Assembly (NCBI GenBank): GCA_963575745.1
Contig: CAUYUJ010000234.1
Coordinates: 62,001 to 116,497, forward strand
Reading direction: 5' to 3'
DNA from: Prorocentrum cordatum
Lineage: Eukaryota
Length of the DNA stretch: 54,497 nucleotides
Shown here: positions 1 to 11,031 of the stretch, piece by piece
Layout: every line of letters begins with the position of its first letter
Numbering within the stretch: the first letter of the stretch is position 1
Notes under the pieces: model-generated
Told to the model about the DNA's origin: nothing
Database searches by the model: none
Seen by the model: the letters and a program-made list of their open reading frames with translations, nothing else
Made by a program: the position numbers and the translations under genes

Positions 1-744
1 GGAGACAAGAGTTCCTCTGGCACCACCCTCAGTGCGGAGGAGGTCAAGGTCTGGGCCACCTTCACGCAGGAGACGTGGGACGCGACAAAGCACACCCTCA
101 CGCAGTCCTCGCGGGGCAAGGTGGATGCTGCTCGCCGTGCCCATGCTCTCGGCCTGGTGGGGAAGTCGGCGCCCCAGAAGGTGGACGGGCTGGCTCGACA
201 GCTGGCAGACGCTCAGGATCGGCTTAAGCGTGAAACTGAGGTGGCTCGCAAGGCGCTGGAGCAGGTGCACGCCTCCAAGGAGACCATCGCGCAGCTGCAG
301 CAAGAGCTCGCGGAGGCCAAGCGCGAGGCAGCCGCGCTCTACGGCGGAGGCATCAGCCCTGACGCAATCAAGGAGAAGCTCGGCTCGCTCAACACCGACG
401 GAGTCTCAGGCCAGGACCTCCTCGAGCAGCTGTCCAAGATGGTCAACGAGCTCGCTGAGGAGGCGAAGGCAGCTCGCCCGCAGGGAGGCGCGCCCGCTGC
501 TGCAGGTGGAGCAGCGCCTGGCCCCGAGCCAGCTCCAACTCAGCCTGGCGGAGCAGGGGCCGCAGGGGCGCCAGCAGCGGGGGCCGCGCCTGCCGAGAGC
601 GGCGTCGACTTCGACGACTTCCTGGGCGAAGAAGACCCTGGGGGGCTTCTTGGCGGCTGCGGCGACGACGACGAGCAGCGCAAGAGGATCCGCGATGCCC
701 TGGAGGTCCTGCGCTCTGTCAAGAAGCCGCGGACCTCAGGGTAG
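1..744 (+). CDS. LINE-A ORF1, C-terminal part (coiled-coil, gag-like)
   Basis: Frame 1 is open from base 1 to TAG at 742-744. Coiled-coil-like LARQLADAQDRLKRETEVARKALEQ, Ala/Gly/Pro linker and basic tail KKPRT. Confidence 0.8.
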   Translation, partial: GDKSSSGTTLSAEEVKVWATFTQETWDATKHTLTQSSRGKVDAARRAHALGLVGKSAPQKVDGLARQLADAQDRLKRETEVARKALEQVHASKETIAQLQQELAEAKREAAALYGGGISPDAIKEKLGSLNTDGVSGQDLLEQLSKMVNELAEEAKAARPQGGAPAAAGGAAPGPEPAPTQPGGAGAAGAPAAGAAPAESGVDFDDFLGEEDPGGLLGGCGDDDEQRKRIRDALEVLRSVKKPRTSG

Positions 745-757
745 CTACCCTAGCGGG

Positions 758-3700
758 CGATGGTGGACAGCTCTCTCCATCAACGCCAACGCTTATAGCA
801 GGTTCGAGAGCATCCTCGGCTACGAGAGCCTCAGGAGCTGCGACCTCATCGCAGTCCAGGAGACGCACCTGTCCCAGGAGAGGTGCTACGAGGTCACCGG
901 CAAGCTGCAGAGGCTGGGATGGCATGCGGTGGCCACCCCTGCTACCGACGTCTTTGCGGGACACGCAGGGCACGGTGGTCTCCTGCAGTTGGCTCCGAGG
1001 TCTTCGGGCCTTGGCGAGTTCGAGGCGGGGCAGCCGACAGTGCTCACGCCAGGCCGCGCGGCAGTCGCGCATGTGGCGGGTCCCTTTCCTGGGGGCCTGG
1101 CATGGATCAACGTCTACTTGAAGGTTGGCGAAGGCCTCTCGGCCTACAACCTCGGCATCCTCGACGGCATCGCGATGGCGATTCGGGCCATCGGCAAGCC
1201 CTTCGTGATCGCGGGGGACTTCAATATGGAGCCTCACGAGCTGCAGTGCTCAGGCTTCCTTGAGCGCGTCGGAGGCAGAGTGGTATCACCAACGGACGGC
1301 ACCATCAGGCCGTCTGGCAGAGTGATCGACTACTTCGTCATCTCTCACGTGATCTCCGAAGCTCGTGCAGAGATCAAGCTTGGATGGGACATTGCGCCCC
1401 ACTTCCCTGTTGAGCTCAAGTTCAACGCCAGCTCTGTCAACAGGTACATGCAGGTCATGAAGGTGCCGAAGAAGTTCCCGTACCCTTTACCCAAGGCGTG
1501 CTGCACCGAGGACCACTCCCAGAGGTGGGCGGTGGCGCGCGGCCGTATGGCGGTGTCCCCCTCGCTGGACGACATGTGGCAGATCTTTATCCATTGCGCG
1601 GAGCGGTACCTGCTGGATGCCATTGGCCTCAAGCACGCGCACTACGAGTTCGCTGGACGAGAGCGGCGCCCCTGGCTGGCAAGGGTCAAAGCGCTGAAAC
1701 CAACGGCGCCCAGGCTGCCGAGGGTGGCCATCACCGCGTCGTGGTGCAAGAGCGTGGCCATCGCGCTCAAGGATGCCGCTCAGACTGACCTCGAGCTGAA
1801 AAGGCACACGGCGCTGAAGGCGCTCGATCGCTTGTGCAGTGCGCAGCCTGATTTCGAGTCCGACACCAGGCAGGAGACGACGCAGGCCCACATCACTTTG
1901 CTGGGCTTTGCGCAGGCGGCGCAGTCCATGGATCTGCCCCAGCTGCAGGTAGCGAGCTTCATCGCCGCCACCATGGCGGACAAGCTGGTGCAGCGGGACG
2001 CGGACAAGGCGAAAGCCTGCTTCGCGGACTGGGTCGCCGAGAACCACGCTCGAGGAACGGGGGCCCTCCACTCCTGGACCAAACCTCCGCAGGGCTGGCA
2101 AGCCAGGATCACTGGCGGCCCAGGGAGCGAGCCTCGTACGCTTTCCCAGACAGTCCAAGCCCTGGTGAAGGAGTGGTCAGGGTATTGGGGGGTAGGGGCC
2201 CCCACGCCGCTGGGGAGTGAGCTCGCACTGGAGCCGCTCGAGTGGCCGCACGACCTCGGAGAGCGACCTGCCCGACCAACGGTGAGCGAGATCAGGGAGG
2301 TCATCGCCATTTTCAGGGACTCCAGCGGCTCATCATTCGACGCGCTGCGGCCGCACGAGCTGGGTGTGCTCGACGACGCTGGGATCGAGGCGCTCATCGA
2401 CCTGCTGGTCGCCATCGAGCTGCAGTGCGACTGGCCCGCGTTCATCACCAAGATGGCCTTCATCCCCAAGTCGGACGGGGGGCTCCGCCCAATTGCGCTA
2501 CTGGGGGCGGTGGTTCGCATACACGGCAGGCTCCGCAGGCGCATCGCGAAGGACTGGGAGGCGGCGCACGACAGAGACTACTGGTGGGCCAGCTCAGGCA
2601 AGAGCTGCGACAGGGCTGTGTGGCAGCAGCAGGCGCGGGCAGAATGGGTCCAGATGATGGGCGAGCTGAACAGAGGCCAGGACTGGGCCTCGGCGTCAGT
2701 CATGATGGACCTGTGGAAGGCGTTCGAGCAGATCCTGCACGGCAACCTGCAGAAGGCGTGCAGGCAGCACGATTTCCCGCTGTGGCTGGCCAAGCTGCAG
2801 ATCTCCCTCTATCGGCTCCCCAGGGTCATCAGCCTGGAGTCGTGCTGCTCTGACGAGCGTGTGGTAACGCAGACTGTGTTGGCTGGGGATGCATTTGCCA
2901 CCACGTTCATGAAGGTCATGCTTCTGACGCCGCTCGACGAGATGAAGGCGGCCTGCCCCACGGTGGTACCTGCGGTCGTGGTCGACGACGTGGTGCTGCA
3001 GCGCTGGGGTGGTCTGAAGCGAGTGGCCAAGGACCTCACCATGGCCGCGAAGGCAGTGGCGAAGGGGTTGGCGAAGGTGCACCTGTCCATTGCCGCCAAG
3101 AAGTCGCGCGTGCTGGCCAGCAGCAGAGGCCTTAGGGCCACTCTCCAGAGGCACCTGGGCTCGACCACTGGGGCCATCGGTGTCAGAGAAGTGCGCAACC
3201 TCGGCATCGACTACACTGAGGGCGGCAGGCGGTCCAGCGTCGTCAGGCGGCAACGCATCACGCAGAACAGACTCCGCCTTCCTCGGATCCGACGGCTCCT
3301 GGGTCTACGCAGAGGAAGGGCCACAGCGGCTAAGATCGTATCGACGGGGCTGGCTCCCAGTCTCTTCTACGGGATCAACTGCACGGGGCTCAACAACACG
3401 GAGCTGCAGCAGGCACGTAGCATTGTGCGGCACGCCATTGAGCCGAACCCCCATGGGAAGTCGTTCACGGCGTGCTTGCTGGTGGGGGGCTCTCCCACCA
3501 TCGACCCTCTCTTTGCAGCTGCGCTGGCGCCCTGCTTCACGCTGGCGCGCGCTGTGTGGGAGAAGTGGGTGCCGCTGGGGCAGCTCATGCCTGCTTTCGA
3601 GTGGGCAGCGAGGTCAACTACGTGCTGGGCAGACGTACGCGGGCCGCTTGGCGCAGTGGTCATGTCCCTGAGGAGGATCGGTTACGACCCCAGGGCGCTC

Positions 3701-5800
3701 GATTGCATCGTCAGACCGAATGGTACGATCATCAACCTACTGGAGGTCTCCCCGTGGTATGCCAAGCAGTGCATCACGATGGACGTGAAGGCGTGGCAGA
3801 TGAAGCTCTTGGCAGACGGCACGCACGCTGACGTTCGCAGTGGCATCTTCGTCTCGCAGATGCGGCGGTGGTTTGCCAAGGGTCTTGGAAGCTCCAGCCT
3901 GGCCAAAGGCTGGGAGCCTCTCAACTGCAGCCAGCGAGGATACGCGCGTTCGGTCTTCGTCCTCGGGCAGTGGCCGAACAGCAGGAGGTACCACGGCGCT
4001 CCGCGGCTCTCGCACACGCCGTATTGCCAGCTGCACCCAGAGCAGCCTGGCACTCTCTGGCACAGGCACACCGCCTGCCAGGACAGCTGGCCGAGTTTGA
4101 CGCTGCCAGCCGAGATCAGCAAGCTCGTCCCCTTCAGCACCAGCGTGACCATCACTACGCTCCTGGAGAGGCTGGTCCTGCCCGAGCCCCTACACGAGTG
4201 GCGCCCGCCTGGAGACGACCTCCTCGCGCACGTGCAGTGGCTCAAGGGCGGCGACGGCTTCCCGTTTTCCAACACCACGGTCTACTCCGACGGAGCGGTC
4301 TACGACGCTGGGACATCGTTGGCGGTGGGGGCTTGCGGAATGGTGCAGCTGCCCGACGGCGGTGACGACTGGGACCCTGGACCTGATGCGGCCGTTAAGG
4401 CACTAGGCACTCCCTTGCCTGGACCTTTGCAGTCCATCGACGGGGCCGAGCTCTTGGGGTGTCTGGTGCTCCTCCGTCACAGCCTGCCCCCGATCACCGC
4501 GGCCTTCGACGCCACGTATGTGACAAAAGGCTTGACGGCGAGGGGCGAAGCCAGCACCACCAAGGCGACTTCTGCCTGGGGGTGCATCTGGAGGCGAGTC
4601 TGGGCGGCGCTTGACGACTTCGGCGGCATTGGGCCCCAGGGGCTTACGATTCAGAAGGTGAAGGCGCATGCCTCTGAGGCCATGGTTCAGAAAGGAGACA
4701 TCACGGCCCGCGACAGGCGTGGCAACTGGGAGGCCGACCGTGCTGCAAAGGCAGTCGCTGCCGCGGTGAGGGCACCACTCGAGCTGCGTGAAGCCTGGCA
4801 ACGGCGGTCTCTCACGCTGGACGGGGTCGTGCACTGGGTCGCGCGCGCTGGGTGTGAGGCGGCGGACCTGAAGCTGGACATTGACCTGAACTGCAAGCCT
4901 ATTCACAAAGGGCCGCCTCTCAGCGTCACCAGGCACGACGTGGTCAAGGTGGCTGGCGATGGTGTGCACTGCAGGGCCTGCCTCAAGACGGCCTACACCG
5001 ACCTCAGCATCAAGAGGCTGCTCAAGGACCCATGCGTTGGCAAGCCGTTCGCGCCCGTGGCAGGCGGCGCGAGGCGCAAGCCTGCTGCTTCGGCCCTGGC
5101 GTCTGCAGGCGCGGTGGCGGTGGCGCTGGCAGCGGCGCACAGGCTTGAGCAGGAGGCCCAGAGCACGCAGGACGACGAGATTGTGGTGTCCTCCGATCCA
5201 GAGGCCCAGCAGATGGCGCCGAGCCCCGTCGCTGCCGCTCGAGAGCCTCCAGCTGAGGCAGCAGCGGCAGGCGGAGGCAGCAGCAGTAGCAGCGGCCAGG
5301 ACCTCTCGCCTGGCGCCGCCCTCACGCACGCAGTGGGCGCCGCCCGCGCCGCACGCGAGCAGCCAGCAGAAGCGTCGGCGGCTGGCGGGGGCAGCAGCAG
5401 CAGCAGCAGCGGCCAGGACCCCTCGCCTGGAGCTGCTCTCATGCGCGCGGTGGCAGCCGCTCGCGCAGCTCGCGAGACTCAGGGCGCCCTGCGCGCGGGC
5501 CCCGCTGGCGGCCGGGCGGACGCGGGCCCCACGGTTGCCCAGGACGTCATGGAGGTGGACGAGCCTGGGGGTTCAGGCACCCAGGAAGCCGAAGGCGTGG
5601 GCCACGCGCTCCTCAGCATCAACGGCTTCAGGATCTGCACGCGCTGCAAGGCGTACGCCAAGGAGATCAATGGCAAGCACAGGACGCTCGGCAAGACGTG
5701 CGTCGCAGCCTCAGGCAATGCGCTGCGCCTGCGCAACCTGAAGGTCGCTAACATCAGGGCGGGCTTGGACCCAAAGACGGGCAAGCGCCTAAGTGATTGA
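758..5800 (+). CDS. LINE-A ORF2: AP endonuclease, reverse transcriptase, RNase H, C-terminal Cys/His motifs
   Basis: APE: SINAN, IAVQETHL, IAGDFN, VIDYFV, APHFP. RT: FIPKSDGGLRPI, DLWKAFE, LAGDAFA, VVDD, RNLGIDY. RNase H: VYSDGA, AELLG, FDATYV, KVKAH, GNWEADRAAK. CxxC motifs CRAC and CTRC. True start unknown because there is no in-frame ATG before APE. Confidence 0.95.
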   Translation, partial: RWWTALSINANAYSRFESILGYESLRSCDLIAVQETHLSQERCYEVTGKLQRLGWHAVATPATDVFAGHAGHGGLLQLAPRSSGLGEFEAGQPTVLTPGRAAVAHVAGPFPGGLAWINVYLKVGEGLSAYNLGILDGIAMAIRAIGKPFVIAGDFNMEPHELQCSGFLERVGGRVVSPTDGTIRPSGRVIDYFVISHVISEARAEIKLGWDIAPHFPVELKFNASSVNRYMQVMKVPKKFPYPLPKACCTEDHSQRWAVARGRMAVSPSLDDMWQIFIHCAERYLLDAIGLKHAHYEFAGRERRPWLARVKALKPTAPRLPRVAITASWCKSVAIALKDAAQTDLELKRHTALKALDRLCSAQPDFESDTRQETTQAHITLLGFAQAAQSMDLPQLQVASFIAATMADKLVQRDADKAKACFADWVAENHARGTGALHSWTKPPQGWQARITGGPGSEPRTLSQTVQALVKEWSGYWGVGAPTPLGSELALEPLEWPHDLGERPARPTVSEIREVIAIFRDSSGSSFDALRPHELGVLDDAGIEALIDLLVAIELQCDWPAFITKMAFIPKSDGGLRPIALLGAVVRIHGRLRRRIAKDWEAAHDRDYWWASSGKSCDRAVWQQQARAEWVQMMGELNRGQDWASASVMMDLWKAFEQILHGNLQKACRQHDFPLWLAKLQISLYRLPRVISLESCCSDERVVTQTVLAGDAFATTFMKVMLLTPLDEMKAACPTVVPAVVVDDVVLQRWGGLKRVAKDLTMAAKAVAKGLAKVHLSIAAKKSRVLASSRGLRATLQRHLGSTTGAIGVREVRNLGIDYTEGGRRSSVVRRQRITQNRLRLPRIRRLLGLRRGRATAAKIVSTGLAPSLFYGINCTGLNNTELQQARSIVRHAIEPNPHGKSFTACLLVGGSPTIDPLFAAALAPCFTLARAVWEKWVPLGQLMPAFEWAARSTTCWADVRGPLGAVVMSLRRIGYDPRALDCIVRPNGTIINLLEVSPWYAKQCITMDVKAWQMKLLADGTHADVRSGIFVSQMRRWFAKGLGSSSLAKGWEPLNCSQRGYARSVFVLGQWPNSRRYHGAPRLSHTPYCQLHPEQPGTLWHRHTACQDSWPSLTLPAEISKLVPFSTSVTITTLLERLVLPEPLHEWRPPGDDLLAHVQWLKGGDGFPFSNTTVYSDGAVYDAGTSLAVGACGMVQLPDGGDDWDPGPDAAVKALGTPLPGPLQSIDGAELLGCLVLLRHSLPPITAAFDATYVTKGLTARGEASTTKATSAWGCIWRRVWAALDDFGGIGPQGLTIQKVKAHASEAMVQKGDITARDRRGNWEADRAAKAVAAAVRAPLELREAWQRRSLTLDGVVHWVARAGCEAADLKLDIDLNCKPIHKGPPLSVTRHDVVKVAGDGVHCRACLKTAYTDLSIKRLLKDPCVGKPFAPVAGGARRKPAASALASAGAVAVALAAAHRLEQEAQSTQDDEIVVSSDPEAQQMAPSPVAAAREPPAEAAAAGGGSSSSSGQDLSPGAALTHAVGAARAAREQPAEASAAGGGSSSSSSGQDPSPGAALMRAVAAARAARETQGALRAGPAGGRADAGPTVAQDVMEVDEPGGSGTQEAEGVGHALLSINGFRICTRCKAYAKEINGKHRTLGKTCVAASGNALRLRNLKVANIRAGLDPKTGKRLSD
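5230..5480 (+). repeat. In-frame ~120-bp tandem duplication inside LINE-A ORF2
   Basis: AREPPAEAAAAGGGSSSSSGQDLSPGAAL versus AREQPAEASAAGGGSSSSSSGQDPSPGAAL. Confidence 0.85.
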
Positions 5801-6093
5801 GTAGGGGAGTGCCTTCGGTGGTCTGGGCCTGTTCAGGCTCGGCACGGGGTGGATGGTGGCCCGTGCGGCTGCCTCACCTGACGGCGCATGCCCATGCAGC
5901 GCGGCGTGCGCGCTGCTTTCGGAGGCCGCTGTTTGCGGGCCTCTTCGCCGCATTTTGCGGCTCGCCATTTTGGCGGCAGGATCGGTTCGTGCTGCACGGG
6001 CTGCCTTGTCATTAAAAAAAAGTGGCTCTAATCCGCAATGTGTTATGCACGTCTGTTGCTATAGATTGCGCCTCCCCTGGGGCACGAAACCTT

Positions 6094-6180
6094 CCTAGGA
6101 GGTCCCAGGAGGTCCCAAGAGGCCCCTGGAGACCCCAGGAAGCCCCAGTAGGTTTCAGGAGGCACCAGGGGGCCCCAGGC
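6094..6180. repeat. Degenerate 10-bp tandem repeat (consensus ~GGCCCCAGGA)
   Basis: ggtcccagga ggtcccaaga ggcccctgga gaccccagga agccccagta ... Confidence 0.8.
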
Positions 6181-6366
6181 TCATGCACAGAGACGCGCTC
6201 GTACTACTGAGGCTCATTCACACTCCAATTCATTCGCAGTTAGATTGATGTCCAGACCGTCACAACTGAAGCCCGTTAATATTCGAAAGCTCTTGCGCCT
6301 AGACATTCACGGCGGACAGGTCCATGCGAGTAGATGCACATATGGAGAGCTCCACGCAGTGAATAA

Positions 6367-8920
6367 TGAATAGAGCACTGCGGTCTCCACCCTCCTTCCT
6401 TCCTTCCTTCCTTCCTTCCTTCCTTCCTTCCTTCCCGCCTCCTCTCTCCCCTCTTCGTCTCTCTGGCGCGCTGCGATCTGTGAAACTGTCGCCACTTTCG
6501 AGGCTGCTGGGGGGGCCCAGCGGAGTGACGCCCTACGGGGATTCAGATTAGACCTCGCCATCCCTGGGGGGCTGCGATCTGTGAAACTGTCGCCACTTTC
6601 GAGGCTGCTGGGGGGCCCAGCGGAGTGACGCCCTACGGGGATTCAGATTAGACCTCGCCATCCCTGGGGGGCTGCGATCTGTGAAACTGTCGCCACTTTC
6701 GAGGCTGCTGGGGGGCCCAGCGGAGTGACGCCCTACGGGGATTCAGATTAGACCTCGCCATCCCTGGGGGGCTGCGATCTGTGAAACTGTCGCCACTTTC
6801 GAGGCTGCTGGGGGGCCCAGCACAGTGACGCCCTACGGGGACTCAAATTAGACCTCGCCATCCCTGGGGGGCTGCGATCTGTGAAACTGTCGCCACTTTC
6901 GAGGCCTGCTGGGGGGCCCAGCACAGTGACGCCACGGGCGGATTCAAATTAGACCTCGCCATCCCTGGGGGGCTGCGATCTGTGAAACTGTCGCCACTTT
7001 CGAGGCTGCTGGGGGGCCCAGCGGAGTGACGCCCTACGGGGATTCAGATTAGACCTCGCCATCCCTGGGGGGCTGCGATCTGTGAAACTGTCGCCACTTT
7101 CGAGGGATGCTGGGGGGCCCAGCGGAGTGACGCCCTACGGGGACTCAGATTAGACCTCGCCATCCCTGGGGGGCTGCGATCTGTGAAACTGTCGCCACTT
7201 TCGAGGGCTGCTGGGGGGCCCAGCGGAGTGACGCCCTACGGGGATTCAGATTAGACCTCGCCATTCCTGGGGGGCTGCGATCTGTGAAACTGTCGCCACT
7301 TTCGAGGGCTGCTGGGGGGCCCAGCGGAGTGACGCCCTACGGGGATTCAGATTAGACCTCGCCATCCCTGGGGGGCTGCGATCTGTGAAACTGTCGCCAC
7401 TTTCGAAGGCTGCGTGGGGGGCCCAGCGGAGTGACGCCCTACGGGGATACAGATTAGACCTCGCCATCCCTGGGGGGCTGCGATCTGTGAAACTGTCGCC
7501 ACTTTCGAAGGCTGCTGGGGGGCCAGCGGAGTGACGTCCTACGGGGACTCAGATTAGACCTCGCCAGCGCTGGGGGGCTACGATCTGTGAAACTGTCGCC
7601 ACTTTCGAGGGCTGCTGTGGGGCCCATGAAACTGTCGCCACTTTCGAGACCTGCTGCGGGGTCCAGCATAGTGACGTCCTACGCGGACGCAGATTGGACC
7701 CGTCATTCTACTTCGATTATCCCGCATCTGCGATCGACTGTATGTGTGCGAGGAACTAGACATGGAGTGGTCTGGCACTGACTGACGTCAAATCGTTGTG
7801 TGCCAGTGTCTCCTGGGGTGTTGCCTGATGTGGATGCAGCTCGTCGGCGCTGCGACTCGAGCTGGCGGTCGTCCTTCGGACCCGCAGAAACATCTGCTGA
7901 GCTCGATGAGCTAGGGGAACTACAGGAAAGAAGTGCAGGAAACGGAGGCCGGTCATGCACTCGCCGATACCTCGTTGCTCTGTCATCGTCTTTGCTGTTG
8001 CATGATCCTTATCTGGCCTGCCGGCGCCGCGGCTCGAGCTGGCGGTCGCCCTTCGGGCCCGCGGGAACATCTTCTGAGACAAGTGGACGCCGCCGCCTTA
8101 CTTGCAGGCAGCGCATTGCATTCGCGGACAGCAGCATGGCAGACCGCAGTGAGATCCTCAGTCGCGTGGTGTTGCCAAGCCTGGTGGAGACGCGCGTGAT
8201 CGACCTGAAGTCCCAATCGCGCGTGCACTGTACCTGCGTGGCGTTCAGGCACGCGCGTGATGCTGCTCGCTCCGCGTTCAACCAGTACGTCGCCAGTGCA
8301 ACTTTGGACGATGGACAACCGATTGATGATACGCGACCCCGGCCTTGAGTTTCTTTCCCGCGGGCCGCCCGCAGACCTGGCGGCGCGCCTGCGAGCGTTC
8401 AGCTCCCGCGCTGAAATGTGCGGGAAGGAGGCGGAGAAGCTAGCGGGCGAGCTACGCCTCGCTCGTTCCTTGCACTCTAAACAAGTTTTATCATGTGGAA
8501 CTCTGCGACGACATGGCGCAGGCAGCGCTGCGGGTTTAGCTCGCACTTGAAAAACGCGGCAGTCTTCTGTCTCCTCCCGCCACTTTCATCGTCGTCCTAT
8601 TCCCCGCCTCACCTTCTCCATGCATGCTGCTGCTTCCGCGATGGCCTTTCGCCCCCCCCGCCCTCCATTCCATCCCTCTCCTACCCCTCGTTCCCGTACC
8701 CGTTCTTCTTCGATCCTGGGGCCTCAAGCCTCGTTCTTTCGATCGTCGTCCTGTGAATCGTGCAACGCATGCGCATCCCATGTAGCTTGCACAGCAAATC
8801 GCCGCGTCTACACTGTCGTTGTTCCTGCTAATGTTGGCATACTCCTCTTGCCATTTGATGCACGTGGGTTGGGTACGTCGCAGGGTAATTTCCCAACCCT
8901 CCTGCGTTGGGTACTCGTTT
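6367..8920. repeat. Tandemly duplicated unit, copy 1: (TTCC)n + 100-bp satellite + ~1.2 kb unique segment
   Basis: Starts TGAATAGAGCACTGCGGTC, and the same start recurs at 8921. The unique part matches copy 2 at offset 2140. Confidence 0.95.
6470..7700. repeat. 100-bp satellite array (~11 full units + 2 degenerate)
   Basis: Unit GCTGCGATCTGTGAAACTGTCGCCACTTTCGAGGCTGCTGGGGGGCCCAGCGGAGTGACGCCCTACGGGGATTCAGATTAGACCTCGCCATCCCTGGGGG. Confidence 0.97.
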
Positions 8921-11031
8921 TGAATAGAGCACTGCGGTCTCCACCTTCCTTCCTTCCTTCCTTCCTTCCTTCCTTCCCGCCTCCTCTCTCCCCTCTTCGT
9001 CTCTCTGGCGCGCTGCGATCTGTGAAACTGTCGCCGCTTTCGAGGCTGCTGGGGGGGCCCAGCGGAGTGACGCCCTACGGGGATTCAGATTAGACCTCGC
9101 CATCCCTGGGGGGCTGCGATCTGTGAAACTGTCGCCACTTTCGATGCCTGCTGGGGGGCCCAGCGGAGTGACGCCCTACGGGGATTCAGATTAGACCTCG
9201 CCATCCCTGGGGGGCTGCGATCTGTGAAACTGTCGCCACTTTCGAGGCCTGCTGGGGGGCCCAGCGGAGTGACGCCCTACGGGGATTCAGATTAGACCTC
9301 GCCATCCCTGGGGGGCTGCGATCTGTGAAACTGTCGCCACTTTCGAGGCCTGCTGGGGGGCCCAGCGGAGTGACGCCCTACGGGGATTCAGATTAGACCT
9401 CGCCATCCCTGGGGGGCTGCGATCTGTGAAACTGTCGCCACTTTCGAGGCTGCTGGGGGGCCCAGCGGAGTGACGCCCTACGGGGATTCAGATTAGACCT
9501 CGCCATCCCTGGGGGGCTGCGATTTGTGAAACTGTCGCCACTTTCGAGGGCTGCTGGGGGGCCCAGCGGAGTGACGCCCTACGGGGATACAGATTAGACC
9601 TCGCCATCCCTGGGGGGCTGCGATCTGTGAAACTGTCGCCACTTTCGAAGGCTGCTGGGGGGCCAGCGGAGTGACGTCCTACGGGGACTCAGATTAGACC
9701 TCGCCAGCGCTGGGGGGCTACGATCTGTGAAACTGTCGCCACTTTCGAGGGCTGCTGTGGGGCCCATGAAACTGTCGCCACTTTCGAGACCTGCTGCGGG
9801 GTCCAGCATAGTGACGTCCTACGCGGACGCAGATTGGACCCGTCATTCTACTTCGATTATCCCGCATCTGCGATCGACTGTATGTGTGCGAGGAACTAGA
9901 CATGGAGTGGTCTGGCACTGACTGACGTCAAATCGTTGTGTGCCAGTGTCTCCTGGGGTGTTGCCTGATGTGGATGCAGCTCGTCGGCGCTGCGACTCGA
10001 GCTGGCGGTCGTCCTTCGGACCCGCAGAAACATCTGCTGAGCTCGATGAGCTAGGGGAACTACAGGAAAGAAGTGCAGGAAACGGAGGCCGGTCATGCAC
10101 TCGCCGATACCTCGTTGCTCTGTCATCGTCTTTGCTGTTGCATGATCCTTATCTGGCCTGCCGGCGCCGCGGCTCGAGCTGGCGGTCGCCCTTCGGGCCC
10201 GCGGGAATATCTTCTGAGACAAGTGGACGCCGCCGCCTTACTTGCAGGCAGCGCATTGCATGCGCGGACAGCAGCATGGCAGACCGCAGTGAGATCCTCA
10301 GTCGCGTGGTGTTGCCAAGCCTGGTGGAGACGCGCGTGATCGACCTAAAGTCCCAATCGCGCGTACACTGTACCTGCGTGGCGTTCAGGCACGCGCGTGA
10401 TGCTGCTCGCTTCGCGTTCAACCAGTACGTCGCCAGTGCAACTTTGGACGATGGACAACCGATTGATGATACGCGACCCCGGCCTTGAGTTTCTTTCCCG
10501 CGGGCCGCCCGCAGACCTGGCGGCGCGCCTGCGAGCGTTCAGCTCCCGCGCTGAAATGTGCGGGAAGGAGGCGGAGAAGCTAGCGGGCGAGCTACGCCTC
10601 GCTCGTTCCTTGCACTCTAAACAAGTTTTATCATGTGGAACTCTGCGACGACATGGCGCAGGCAGCGCTGCGGGTTTAGCTCGCACTTGAAAAACGCGGC
10701 AGTCTTCTGTCTCCTCCCGCCACTTTCATCGTCGTCCTATTCCCCGCCTCACCTTCTCCATGCATGCTGCTGCTTCCGCGATGGCCTTTCGCCCCCCCCG
10801 CCCTCCATTCCATCCCTCTCCTACCCCTCGTTCCCGTACCCGTTCTTCTTCGATCCTGGGGCCTCAAGCCTCGTTCTTTCGATCGTCGTCCTGTGAATCG
10901 TGCAGCGCATGCGCATTCCATGTAGCTTGCACAGCAAATCGCCGCGTCTACACTGTCGCTGTTCCTGCTAATGTTGGCATACTCATCTTGCCATTTGATG
11001 CACGTGGGTTGGGTACGTCGCAGGGTAATTT
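8921..11031. repeat. Tandemly duplicated unit, copy 2, truncated at its 3' end by the DIRS-like element
   Basis: Near-identical to 6367-8891. Diverges after CAGGGTAATTT at 11031. Confidence 0.95.
9012..9840. repeat. 100-bp satellite array (~7 full units + 2 degenerate)
   Basis: Same unit as 6470-7700. Confidence 0.97.

Larger units (their letters stand above)
1..6021 (+). mobile_element. Non-LTR retrotransposon (LINE-A) with ORF1 + APE-RT-RNase H ORF2; 5' end outside window
   Basis: ORF1 end, long pol ORF, ~210 bp 3' UTR, then short poly(A) TAAAAAAAA at 6013-6021. Confidence 0.93.

Noticed and set aside
32..757. N-terminal 240 aa of the 1922-aa ORF
   Set aside because: Arg/Ser-rich shadow of the ORF1 frame, with a non-ATG start.
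6470..9840. 100-bp arrays as CRISPR or as coding repeats (WD40-like CETVATFE, copia-like SYADADW)
   Set aside because: No variable spacers and no cas genes. Unit length is not a multiple of 3 and the frames contain stops.
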